This document shows, one piece after another, positions 10,761 to 23,600 of a stretch of DNA of 52,510 nucleotides. Origin of the DNA: Saprolegnia diclina VS20 (lineage: Eukaryota); assembly GCF_000281045.1 (NCBI RefSeq), contig NW_008246073.1, positions 132,366-184,875 of the forward strand. The letters are read 5' to 3'. Every line of letters begins with the position of its first letter. Position 1 is the stretch's first letter. A program made the translations under genes and the position numbers. The notes under the pieces are model-generated. The model was not told where the DNA came from. It made no database searches and saw only the letters and a list, made by a program, of their open reading frames with translations.

Positions 10761-12474
10761 ATGCGGCTGCTCGCACGATGGGATACCGAGCGGTTCCCGT
10801 GGTCGGCGATGGCCCAGCGGCTGCTACCGCTCCTGGCGGCGAACGACGCAGCGACCTTCAAGCCACTGCAGCAGGCTGCCGTGAACCTTGCGCAGCGCGG
10901 CTTTAGCCTTTTCCTGAACCTCCCCACGGGCGCGGGCAAGAGCCTCTGCTTCCAACTGCCCGCGCTGCTGCCCGCCGCGAACCGAGTCACGGTCATCGTG
11001 TCGCCGTTGCGGTCGCTTTTGCAAGACCAACAAGCCACGTTGGCACGTCTTCAGCTCTCGGACCGTGCGTGCTTTCTCTCGCCCGGGAATGTGCCCCACG
11101 CGCTCTCGGCCGAGACGCGCTTCTTGTACACGACGCCCGAGATGGTGCTCACCAATCCAAAGGCCAACGCGCTTCTCTTGCAGCTACTGCACGAAGATCG
11201 TCTGTCGCGCGTGGTCGTGGACGAAGCCCACTGCATTGTCGAGTGGGGCAGTACCTTCCGCCCTGCCTACATGGACTTTGCGCGGCTGTACCGAACACAC
11301 CTGCCACAAATCCCGCTTACGTTTCTCACAGCGACCGCGTCCGACGAGCTCATTGAGGCCACCGCACGCATCTTCCACGTCGCGCCAATATCGCTGCCCG
11401 CGCTCGACGCCCCACCCTCGCCCACGTCGATGGTCCTCCTTCAGCACTTGACCGACCGTACCAACTTGACGCTCCACGTCGTCCCCAAGCCTTCACCGCC
11501 GCCGCTTCTCGCACTCGACATCCTCCGCCGCGTGCGCCACGAGCCAAGCATCGTATACGTCTTGTCGCAAAAAGACGCGGAAGCGGTCGCCAAGTCGCTC
11601 GTGGCCGTCGGCGCGCGGGCACAGCCATACCACGCCGGCATGTCGGACGCCGCGCGGAAGAGCGTCCAGTACCAGTGGATGAGCGGGAAGATCTCGATCA
11701 TTTGTGCGACTGTGGCCTTTGGGGTAGGTATGCATTCGCCGATGGCGTTGACGCGCATCCTCGTAGATGGGCATTGACCGGTCCGATGTCCGCCACGTGG
11801 TCCACCATGCGCTGCCTCTCTCGCTGGCGTCGTACATGCAGCAGATTGGTCGAGCAGGTAGGTGGACCTTGTCCTTGTATGGACCTGACGCTACGACCAG
11901 GCCGCGACGGCGCGCCGGCCGTGTGCACGCTCTACTACGACCCGAGAGACGCCTCGCGCGCCGCCTACATTGCGAGCGGCGACGGGTTTGTGGACGCCAG
12001 CACGTCTCATGGTCTCCGCGACGTTGTCGAATTCATCGAAGAAAGAGGGTGTCGGCGCCAAGTGCTCTATGCCCACTTTGGCCACTCGTTGGACGACGCA
12101 TGTTGTGAAAATTGCAACTGCGGCGTCTCGATCGACCTGCCGACTGATGCCAACGAGAGCAGCGAGCGGCGCGTCCATCGGTCCAGTGACGCTGCGCGGC
12201 AAGACGCGAACGACCTCGAGCGCCTCTACCATACGCTGCAACAGACGCTCCAGCGGCGTCCCAACTACCGCAAAGCCAACGTACTTTCGCGCAAGACAAT
12301 CCAGGTAGCGTGCTGACTTTGTGGCATATCGGCATTCAATTTCGGCAGAGTCTTTTGGAGCTGCAACCCGAGAGCGCCGACGATCTGCAGCTTGTGCGCG
12401 GTCTCAACGTCGCACAGAAAGCGTTTGTCGTTGAGCACTTGCATATGTTTCAGGCGCCGCGCGGTCGGGCGTAG
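10761..12474 (+). CDS. RecQ-family DNA helicase (short, with Zn-binding RQC cysteines and a possible HRDC-like tail)
   Basis: FKPLQ, LPTGAGKSLCFQLPA, VSPLRSLLQDQ, VVDEAHCIVEWGSTFRPAY, LTATA, YHAGM, CATVAFGVGIDRSDVR, YMQQIGRAGRDG, CRRQVLYAHFG...CCENCNC. Last exon follows the intron at 12305-12348 and ends TAG 12474. Confidence 0.92.
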
Positions 12475-12548
12475 CGCCAGGTCCACGAGTCTTTTTGTTG
12501 ATACACTGAAAGATTGATACGATATCTTTTGTATCTTTGAAAAAGACG

Positions 12549-14187
12549 CTACGGAGAGGACGTGGCGACATAGTACATATGGAGCTCCTTCCATAAAAGC
12601 GGCACGAGGCAGAGAATCGAGAGCACGCTCCCAATCTCAAGGAGCGAAAACACCGGCTGCCACGAGCACTCTTGGCCGGACGGCGTCGTGTGGCAGTTGG
12701 CGAGATACCCGACGAGGTACTGCACAATGGCCGCGCCGACGCTGCCAGTGCCGTCAATGATGCCCGTGACGGTCGCGAGCGCCGCCGTGTTACCGCGTAG
12801 TGTCGGGCACGTGCCCAGGTCCGCGGAGATCGCCGTGCTGATCAAATTCGCAGGCCCACCAAGAAGAAACCCAGAGACAAAGAGGAGGATGCCAATGCCA
12901 TCCTTGGATGCAGCGTGGAACGACGGCAGGAGACACCTAACAACAATGAGAAACTGCAGCGAGAGTGGCGAAATGTACGTGACAGAGGCCAGCATTGCCA
13001 CGATCGTCGGCGTCCGCATGCCCATGCGATCCGTAACGTAGCCGCCGAGGAAGCCGCCGAGGATCTGCCCCGCGTCATAGAGCATCTACAGCGAATGTAT
13101 CAATATATCGAGTGCAAATTGGTGTCGTCGCATACCGAAAAGTAGTCGGCCGTCGAGTCTTCCATCTTGAGCGAGACCGTGAGGTAAAACGGTAGCCAAA
13201 AGAAGAGCGCATAGTTGACCGACTTGACACACGCGTACGAGAGTGCGTAGGGGATGACCTAGCCCACATCATTTGTCTCGGAAAGTAACCTTTTGATATC
13301 TACCCCAGGGATCCGCCACGCCCGCCAAAACGAAATGCCCTTGGGCGTCGCGTCTTCTTTGAGAAGCAGCATTTGTCCGTCGTCGACATCGTCCGATGAG
13401 AGGCGCTTCGAGCCTGGCGACGGCTGCAAAAAGAGCCAAATCAGCAGCGTGTGCAGTCCGACGAGGACGCCCGAGACGATCATGGACGTTCGCCATGCGT
13501 CAACCTTGTTGGGAAAGAGGTTGAAGAGAAGCGCAATGACCGCGGTCCCGACAATGTTGCCAAAGCACGCGTTGCCGCTCCAAATACCCATGACCGCTAG
13601 ACGACGTGCATGAGCCACTGCATGTACAGGCGCGTCAACGTCGTACCGCCACGCTCGCGCGCGCTAAACCAGTTGCCCCTAGTACATGACAGTATATGAC
13701 TATACGTAGAAGAAAGACGAAGGAGTACATGACGGCGACGTTGGACGGCCAACCGACGGACTGGATGAGCCCGTTGAGCGCCCACAGAAACGCGTAAAAG
13801 CCGAGCGAGTGGACGTTGGCAAAGGCGGCAACGCCAAAGAGCACCATGATGAGCGCTGTGAGGCCCATGCCGCCGGCGAGGAGCTTGCGCAGGTCGTAGC
13901 GATCGCCGAGGATGCCACTGCATGCGCATCGTCGTCGTAATGATCAAAAGCATGGCATATGCATACCTGACGTAGAGACCCACTGCGTAGAAGCCCATGA
14001 AGAGCGTGTCCATGAGGCCATACATCTTGCCTTGCTCCGACTTGGCGTAGAAGATCGAGTCCATCCACTCTTCCTTGCTCATCTCGCCCTTCACGGCCGA
14101 GAAGGACTTGCGCGAGACGTGGAACATGACATAGCTGAAGAACGTGAGGAAGAAGACGGCGGTCTTCTGCCCGCGGGTCGAGGCCAT
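12549..14187 (-). CDS. MFS sugar-phosphate exchanger (SLC37/GlpT-OPA family)
   Basis: FFLTFFSYVMFHVSRKSFSAVK, NGLIQSVGWP, MGIWSGNACFGNIVG, GGPANLISTAISADLG, ALATVTGIIDGTGSVGAA; multi-exon. Confidence 0.92.
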
Positions 14188-14632
14188 GGCGTGCGTGCTA
14201 CTGGCGACAGCAAAGTCGAGGTGAAAGGTAGATTCCGTGGCGATCTTCGTCATTCGGTTAATTTTCCAATTTAACCGGATAGGACATCCAACCGGCTGCG
14301 TGATACAAATCCCGTGCCGGATGTCACGACCCGCCAGCGAGGTAAGCTTAGTGCTTATTGCGCACAGGGCGGCAGGTCCTATGCTGCCGTTGAAGTCCTC
14401 GGCTCGGGCCAGGGTCTACGGTCCGCGCTGACGGCGGCGTCGCGGTGTCGCACGTGTGGTTCACGCTGGCGGCGCGTGATTGGCGGAAATGTCGACTTCA
14501 ACTTGTGCATTCATGTGGCACCTGGTGCCGAAACTACTACCTTTAAAAATGGCATGTGCCACTGTGGGACCGCCAAAGATACAAAAGCGACAGTTCGTTC
14601 CAAGCGAAGCGTCGTCGTGGCAACTCGGCAGC

Positions 14633-17600
14633 ATGGCCACCGACCACCGGGCGTCCGTGACGATCTCGCAGCTGCCCATGTGGGGCCGGCCGACGACCGA
14701 TGCGACCGAGAAGCTGGTCGACCTTGCCTACAGCTGCACAAAGCTCATGCGACCTGTAGCGCCCGAGCCAGCTCTTACACGAGCTCACGTCCAAGAACGC
14801 CAAGGGCTCCAAGGGCTCGATCCCGCGCATCATCGAGGTAGATACGGCTTCGAGGATGCGAGATGGACGCGTAATCGCATGTAGTTTATGAACCTCGAAG
14901 ACCACACGTCGCAGAGCGCGTCGTCCGTGCCCGTAGACCGCCCGCTTTTTGAGCCCACCCCGGGCGCGATCCTCTTTGACGAGTACATTCCGTTCAATAC
15001 GCACTACGCCAAGCTCGCGCTGCGCAACAACGACACGGTCGCGCGTCGCATCAAGATGGAGCCGCCCGACTCGCCGTTTTTCAAACTCAAAAAGCTGCAC
15101 GGCGCCGAACGCGACGGCAAGGTCGCTGCCGGGATCGAAGTGGCGTACCAAATCGAGTTCTTACCGCAAGAGCGGCGCGAGTATGCGCTCGACCTTATCT
15201 GCGTCACCGAGCGCGAAAAATTTGTCGTGCCTGTCCGCGCGCGGGGCACGTTTGCCGCGCTGAGCTTTCCGGACGAAGTTGACTTTGGACTTTGCCCGGT
15301 CAAGATCAAGTGCTCCAAAGTCATGACGGTCCACAACGTTGGCACGCGGGGCGCCAAATTTGTCTTGACAGCGTCGGCGCCATTTACCGTCTCGCCCCAG
15401 ACCGTCTACTTGGACATTGGCGCAGCGATCCAAGTCGAAATGGAGTTTCATCCCAAGCACACGAAAGAGCGCGAAGGCGAGCTCGCCATCCAGGACGACA
15501 GCGGCCGCGCGTCGTACGTCAAGCTCCTCGGTGATGTGACCAACCTCGAGGTATACCTGAGCCACCCGATGGTCGAACCGACGCCGGCGTACTTGACGCT
15601 GAGCTCGCGCAAGCGCATCAAGATCTGCAACGGAAGTGATCACCCGGTCGAGTTTTCGTGGAAAGCGTACGCTGGAGAGAAGAGCGAAGAGACTGAGCGC
15701 GCGCGGCTTTTGGACGAGCTCCGACGCATGGAAGGTGCCGAAGTCGACAACCTTGGCGAGTGCAGTGACGACGAGCGCGTCGACCTCATGGGCATTCTCC
15801 ACCGCAAGTATAAGAACCTGCGCAAGGCCGTCTACGACGACCCAATGAACTTTGTGGACGAGTGCTTCTCGCTCGAGCCGCCGAGCGGCAAGATCTGGGC
15901 GCACTCGGACGCAGAAATTACTGTGACCTTTGTACCACACGTCGCCGCGAGCTACGCAGGCACGGCGTTCCTCGACATCTCGGGTCGCGACACGCGCTTG
16001 CCGCTGCAGATCCGGGGGCGTGGCATCGGCCCGCAAGCGTGCATTCTCTACGACGACCTCTTTGACTTTGGCGACGTCTTTATCAACGACCCGCAGACGC
16101 ATGATTTTTCGATTCAAAATCGCGGCGAGATCCCCGCCGAGTTTGCGCTCTTGCCGATTCCGTTGCCCAATGGCGTCGACATAACGTTTGCTCCGTCCAG
16201 TGGTGTCCTTGGCATTGGCGAGACCTCCAAAGTGTTTCTGACGTTTGCCTCGGCGGTTCTCGGCGAGATTAGCATTACGTTCAACTTCAAACTCAAGGGC
16301 TCGGACGATCTCCTCCGCGTGCGCTTCAAGGCGCATGTGATTCCCCCCATGTTTCACTTTGATGTCGAGAACCTCGACTTTGGCATCGTGTCGTATGCGT
16401 TCGAGCAGTCCAAGACCGTCCACCTCATCAACACGTCGCGGATCGCAATGACGTACAGCCTCCGCATTCCGCAAGACGGTCTCTACAAGCACCAAGAGTT
16501 TGTGCTCTCGCCGGCCCACGGCACGTTGGCGCCCTTTGGGACGCAAGCGATTCACATTGCGTTTACGAGCGTCAACGTCAAGAGCTACGAGTACTTTCTA
16601 GTTGTGAGCGTCCAAGGCGTCGGGTCCGACCTGCTCAACATCCCGGTCCTCGCGCAGTGCTTTGTGCCTGACGTCCACGTCCTCAAACCCGACTTGGTGT
16701 ACGGCGACTGCTACCTCCGGTACGCCCATCTCCAGACGCTCCATTTGATCAACACGAATGCGCACTTGCCCGCCAAGTATGAGATTGTCGCCCAAGACGA
16801 CCACTCGAAAGTCGTCGCTGTCTTCTCGGGCGACAAGCCCAGCGGGGACATTGGCGCCAACGCCACGCTCGCGATCGATATCGCTTTGGTCTGCGAGAAG
16901 CTCGGGAGCATCCGCCTTCCGCTGTACGTGCGCATTGCCGGCTCGATCGATTTGCCGCTTTCGGTGACGATTGTGGCCATGGGCCGAGGCCCGAGCGTGC
17001 TGTTAGACGCCGAAGAGCTTGCGTGGGGCCCCGTCTCGTGTCTCGTGGACCACCCAAAGAGCCTTCGCTTGACCAACACGAGCTTGATTCCGGCGCCGCT
17101 CAAGACATTTATTCGCAACGCGCGGTCCAAATTCACCGTCGACCAAAAGGAGTATACGCTCGCACCGGGCGAGACGACCGTGATGACCATTGTCGCGAAT
17201 CTCGACGATACGATCGTGTTCAAAGAGCAGCTGCACATTCTCGTGACCGAAGGCCACAACCTACTGATTCCGCTCTCGGCCAAAGGCATGGGCACGACCA
17301 TGTGGTCGCCGAGCGACATGAAGCTCGTGGACTTCCAGTTTCAGATGACCAACAAACAATGCGAGTGGAGCTGCACGCTCGAAAACAAGGGCAAGCGCGG
17401 TCAAACGCTGGTGTGGATCAACAAGACCATTCGGCAGCAGCAGATCGAGCTGCTCCAAAAAGCCAAGACGCTCCAAAAGACGTCGAGCAAGGCCAGCGTC
17501 AAGTCGTTCGACGTCGGCGACGACTTGACGCCGGTCTTTTCGGTGTTTCCGGCGTCCATTGAGCTCAAGCCGCGCACCGCGTGCACGTTTTACTTTCGTG

Positions 17601-20600
17601 GCTTCTCGGCGACGCCCGGTGTCATGCGCGAGGAGCTCATTTGTGAGACGCGGATCGGCCAAGAGAAGAACGCCAAGGTGGCGTTTGCGACCGAGATTGT
17701 CGCGCAGTTTATCAACCCCAAGATCGAAGCGTCGTTGCCGAGTGGGCTCGACTTTTCCTACATTTACGCCGACGGCGTCGTGATGGAAACACAGTCGCAA
17801 GCGCTCAAGCTGCGTAATGTGTGCGAGCTCCCGCTCTCGTTTGTGCTCCGGACCCAAGTACCGTTTGCCGTCGACACGTGGGAAGCGGTATTGCAACCAA
17901 ACGAAGCGCTCGACCTCAACGTCGAGTTTTACCCAGGGTACAAAGACGACCACCTGAGCCGCATCATCAACGGCAAGCTCGTGCTCAGCTATACGGGGCA
18001 CCCGCAGCGCGACAGCTTGGACTTGCGCGGCGAGATTGGGTTTCCCAACTTGGAGTTTGAGTACTCGCGCATCGACTTTGGCTGCATTTTGAACGACACG
18101 CAAAAGTCCATGCACGTCAAAGTCACCAACATCTCCAAGGTCCCGACCTCGTTCCACTGGGTGTTTATTGAGGACGAGAAGGAGGCGCGGGCGGCCGCGA
18201 CCGTCAAGCGGCCGTACATTCCCGTCAACCAAGTGTTTGACATTCTTCCGATCCGTGGCAACTTGCAGCCGGGCGAAGTCGAAGTCGTCGAATTCATCTT
18301 TTATGGCCACGCGAACCGCAAGTTCAAGAGCCTCGTCGCGTGCGAAGTCAACGGCGGCCCCGAGTATGAGCTCACGTTGGCCGGCGAAGCGTCGTCGGTG
18401 ACGTACCGCCTCGACCGTCCGTACTTGGATTTTGGCCCCGTCATCTACAACAAGGCCGAAGACCGCGAGTTTGCGATTCAGAACCTCGGCAAGGTCGCGT
18501 TTGGCTTCAATGTGTCGCTGGAGAAGCTCTCGCGGGCCGGCGTCGTCGAGGTGTCGCCGATGGCCGGACGCATCTTTGCCAACGACAAGCAGCGCATCTC
18601 GATCCGGTTCAAACCCGGCATTCCCGATACGCTCGTCGAGAGCATTTGGCTCGAGATTGCGCACTTCCCCCCCGTCGAGTTCAAGCTCTACTGCCGCGGC
18701 ATCTTTGCGTCTCTGAGCGTCAACCTCCCACGCGGCAAGACGCACCCCAACTGCGCGATCGACAATGTGCAACCAAAGTGGCGCGACGTGCTCAAAGGCG
18801 CCAAATACAACATTGAGCACCCGCGCACGTCGTCGCTACCGCCCACGACCGCCGTGACATGCGAGGCCGCGACGCTCGGCTTGGCGCGACCCAACTCGCG
18901 CGCGCCGGTTGCGCAGCCCAAGCTCAACAAGGACGGGGTTCCCATGACGGCCGTCTCGACCGAGCGTACCTCCCGCACGACGGCGCGGGTGACGACGCGC
19001 AACACCAATGCGGCGCCAACCAACTCGACTGCGCGGAGCCAGAAGTCGCCCATGAAAAACTCGGCGTCGGGCGACTCGTTCGATATGCTGACGCGCGGCC
19101 AGCACTACGACTCGGTCGACATTGACACGGAGGCCTGTCGCATGCTCTTCGTCAAGTACCTTTTGACGACGATCCCCGAAGAGCCGCCGACAGAGTCGCC
19201 TCGGGACGACAACAATCTAACGCACCACGGCAGTACTGGTGGACACCCCGGGACGCAGCCCCGCTTCAGCAACAACAACAACAGTCATCACGGCAGCACC
19301 AACCCGCCACTTCTCGAGCTCGTGACGGTACCCAAGCTCAGTATCCATCCGACGGGGCCAATGGACCGCGCCAAAGTCAAGTCGTTCACCAAGACACTGC
19401 CACCGACCGACGGCGACGGCGACGGGAGCGAGTCCCCGACCAAAGCTCTGCAAGGCTTTCTCCTCGCGCAATACATTCTCGACTTTGGCAACGTCGTCAC
19501 CGGCACCCACCGCGTCAAAAAGTTTGTCGTCACCAACACGGGCCATGTACCAGCCTCGTTTCAAGTCGACAAGAACCTCGCGCTCGGCCGCGGGTTTGCG
19601 ATCGACCCGGAGCGCGTCGTGCGCTTGCCCGAGAAGAAGGGCGTTGAGTTCAGTGTGACGTTTACTGCGCGCAAGAACGGCCGGCACGGCCCCCACGGTG
19701 TCAATTTGCTCTTGGATGTCAAGAACGGACCGCCGAGCTTGGTGACGTTCAAAGCCAACGTGACAGTGCCCGACCTCGTGCTTTTGGCGGAAAACCTCGA
19801 CTTTGGCAAGGTTGTCGTCGGGCGGTCGCATGTCGTCCACTCGCAGTTCTTCAACAACTCGCCCGTTGTTGTCGAGTGGGCGCTCAAGAAACCCATGGGG
19901 TCGGCCCGCGACGTGGGGTACTTTCGCATGGAGCCGACCGGCGGGCTCCTGCATCCTGGCACGCGCTGCAACATCAAGGTCGAGTTCATGCCGCTCGAAG
20001 GACGACTGTACCATGTCAAGGTGCCCGTCAAGATCTCGTCGAATCCCAAGACGCGCTCGATTACGTGCCAAGGCGAAGGCTCAGAGCTCCGCGTCTCGTT
20101 CGACCCACCCATGGCCGAGCTCGGGCCCGTGCTGCCGTGCTCGCCACCCATCGAGCGCATCGTGATTATGCGCAACGAGTCCGACCACGCGGTGGAAGTC
20201 TACTCGCTCGACTTTGACGCTCAGTACAAGAGTGAAGAAGACATGCTGCGAGAAGCGTCCGGCTACGGCGACGACGACTACCTCCGCCTTCCACTGCGGC
20301 TACCGGGCACGGGCTTGCCCGAGCACATATTGCTCGAGTACAACCAGCGCAACCAAGAAGAGCCACCGCCTGTTGAAGCGGCGACGACCGCCGAGGCGGA
20401 CATGGACGAAGAGGACACGCGGTCGCTCCGTGCAAAAGAAAAGGCCGTCGACTACATCTTTCTGGGGCCCCCTCTCTGCGGCAAGACGACGCAGGCCAAG
20501 CTCATGGGCGAGAAGGAGCACTTGGTCGTCTGGACTTTCGACGATGCCGTCGCGCTCTGCGCCAAGGACGAGTCGGACATTGGCAAGCGTGTGCGCAAGG

Positions 20601-23600
20601 CCTTGGAGCTGCCCCTTCTCGCATGGGATATGATCAAGCCCACGACGCCGGAAGAGCCCGAGGCTGTTGCAGCGCACGACAAGAAGGGCAAAAAAGACGG
20701 CAAGAAGAGCAAAACCGAGCTTGACGAGGTCAAGGACGAGCCGCCGCCCATGACACCACCACACGAGCCGTCGCCGCGCGAAGAGATGGGACTCGACCTG
20801 CTCGAGTGGGTGCTGCAGTGGCGTCTCTCCCAGCCCGACATGGCCAACGGAAGTGTTTTGGACGGCTGGTCCACGACGTATGCGCCCGACAGTTCGTCGC
20901 TTCTCCACGTGATCGCCAACGTTCTCGGTGGCGCCACCATCATCCTACTCGGCATGAACGAAGACATTTACGAAGCCCACATCCTCGCATGCATCAAGCA
21001 CGTTGAAGACGATATGGACATGCTCGAGCGGTCGCTCGACATGATGCAAATGGTACCCGAGGAGCCTCTGCTCGAAGCGATCGAGCCGATTGAGATGGTG
21101 CCGGAAGAAAAGGAGGAGAAGCGACCGGCGAGCCACTCGCGTTTAAAGTCGAGCGTCAGCTCCGACACTGTCGTGGTCGAGCCACCAGCTGTGGTCGCGG
21201 AGCCGCCGCCGCCAACACCCGAAACCATCGACCCGGTGCAAGTCGAGCACGAGCTGCATACGTACCGCCTGCTCTCGGAGCGGCTGCACGAATACCTCGA
21301 CTTGGAGCTCTACGACAAGTACTGCCAAGAGCTTGTCGCGCACAAGAAGGAGTGGGAAACGCTGCTTTTGCGGTTGCCACCGCCACCGCCGCCACCGCCC
21401 ACGTCCGAGTTGCCACTGCAGAACGGCGAGCCCGACGGGGCCCTCAGCGACCGCAGTGGGGTGCACGAACACCCGTCCACATCGACCGACGCGACGACCG
21501 CGGACGACGAATCGGGCATGCCGTCCATGGCCGCCGACTACCCCGAGCTCGTCACGGACGACGCTATCGAAGCACCAGAGCACTTGGTGGCGCGCAAGCC
21601 GCGGCGTGTTCTCGCCCTCCACGATGTCAACCTCAACGAAGTTGGACCGCCACTGCTCTTGCACGGTCTCGTGTTTGCGTCGATTGAAAAGTACTTGCGC
21701 GAGCTGGCGTCGAGCAAGCTCGTGATGCCGGCGCCCATGACGTACCAGCTCGTCAAGCGGCCGTATTTTCGGAGTCAGCGCAAGCCCGTGCCGCGCTTTA
21801 GCCTCTCACCACCGGACGTGAGCCGGTGGATCTTGCCGCCGCAATCGGAGATTTCGTTTCACGTCACATTTGCGTCGTCCGACGTGGGCACGTTCGATAG
21901 CACGCTCGGGTTTGAGATCCTCGGGAGCAAGCGCGAAGCGAGTCTCTTCTGCCGCGGCATTTGTGCCGTGCCGGGCATCAACGCGGACCCGCGCAACGTC
22001 TTTATGAGTCGCGCCAAGCACAAGGCGGACGGTGCGCTCGTGCACAAAAAATTTGTCTTGTCGAGCGGCGTGTACGAGTTTGGGCCGCTCTTGCTCGGCA
22101 AAGCGCGGGAGCTCCGGCTCGAACCCATCGCCTCGGACGCATACAAGGCGACGCGCAAGACCAACGCCGAGGTGTTTCGCATCTCCAACCCGAGTCGATT
22201 CCGCGCGCAGCTGCATTTTTTCTTTGAGAAGCAGCCGCCAAATGACGACATTGGCGTCGACGGCGACGCAGCGTCGACAAATGCGGCTGCCCATACCTTT
22301 CTCGTCGAGCCAAATAGACTCGAGATTGCCGAAGGGGACACGGCCGAGGTCCTCGTGTGGGCGTTTCCCGCGAAAAATGGGGTACTTGATGACACGCTCG
22401 TGTGCTGTATTGCCGACAACCCCGAGCCAGTGACGTTTCCAATTTCATGCATTGGGTGCGCGCCGTTGATTGCGCTCAATGGGCCGTGGACCGAGAGCGC
22501 CAAGCTCATCGACTTTGAGAGGCTCTTGCTCAAGCGCCAAGAAGACAAGACGTGGAGTCTCCGCAATGCGTGTGAGCTGCCCATCATTTGGCGCCTTGTG
22601 CTCGACGTGCCGACCGAGTTTGAAGTCGTGCCTCGCGACGGTACGCTCAAGCCCGGCCAGTCGCAAACCATCGTTGTTCATTTCAATGCAGCCACCGAAG
22701 GGCTCTTTGAGTTTGGGATTCCGATCGAGTTTGCCGATCTCGAGGGCGGGCTCGTTGGCAGTAACCCGCATCTGCGCCGGGACAGCATCAAGGTCAAGGC
22801 CGAGGCCTACAAAATTGACGTGTGCTCGTTTGACGAAGAGTCGCCCGACCCGAGTGCCGAGAGTCTCAACGGCGTCTTGGACTTTGGCCTCCTCCGCGTA
22901 AGCGATACGCCCACCAAGGCCTTTTCGCTCCGGAACCGCGGCAAGTACGATATCAAAGTGATGCTGTCCGTCAAGCGCAACAAGGATTGGTGCAAGATCA
23001 ACCCGGTGGACGCGACAATTGCGCCCGGAAAGAGCCAAAAAATTGAAGTCACGTTCCTCTCGAGTGTCTCGGGCGAAATCGTGCTCCGCGACTGCAAGGA
23101 CATCAAGTGCGTCATTTTAGAACAAACGACCGGCGAAGTCTTTAACGAGTTTCCCATCTTGCTGCACGCGCGCGCCGTGTACTCGAAATTTCGCTTGCAG
23201 CCCGCGCGCGGCCTCAGCTTTGGCTCGTTGCGCTTCAACGAAGAAAGGAAGGTCAAGCGCCTCGAGCTGCGCAACGACGGTGAATTTGCGTTCAAATTTC
23301 GCTTCAAAACGGACGTCATGGACGACGCGGCCAGTGTCGACGAGACCAAGCCCTTGGTGCTCGGGCAGTTTTCGATTCTGCCGGCCGGTGGCAGCTTGGA
23401 CCCGGGACGCATCGTCGCCATTGACGTTGGCTTCCAGCCCCAAGGCGCGGCGGTTTATCGCGAAAACGTCCGACTGGATATTTCGGGGCGCGACCCGCAC
23501 AATGAGAACGAGACGGCCATGCTGCAGTACGAAGTGACGGGCGAGAGCTGCTACCCGGGCATCAACACGAACGACATGGAGAGCATTTTCGAAGAGCAGG

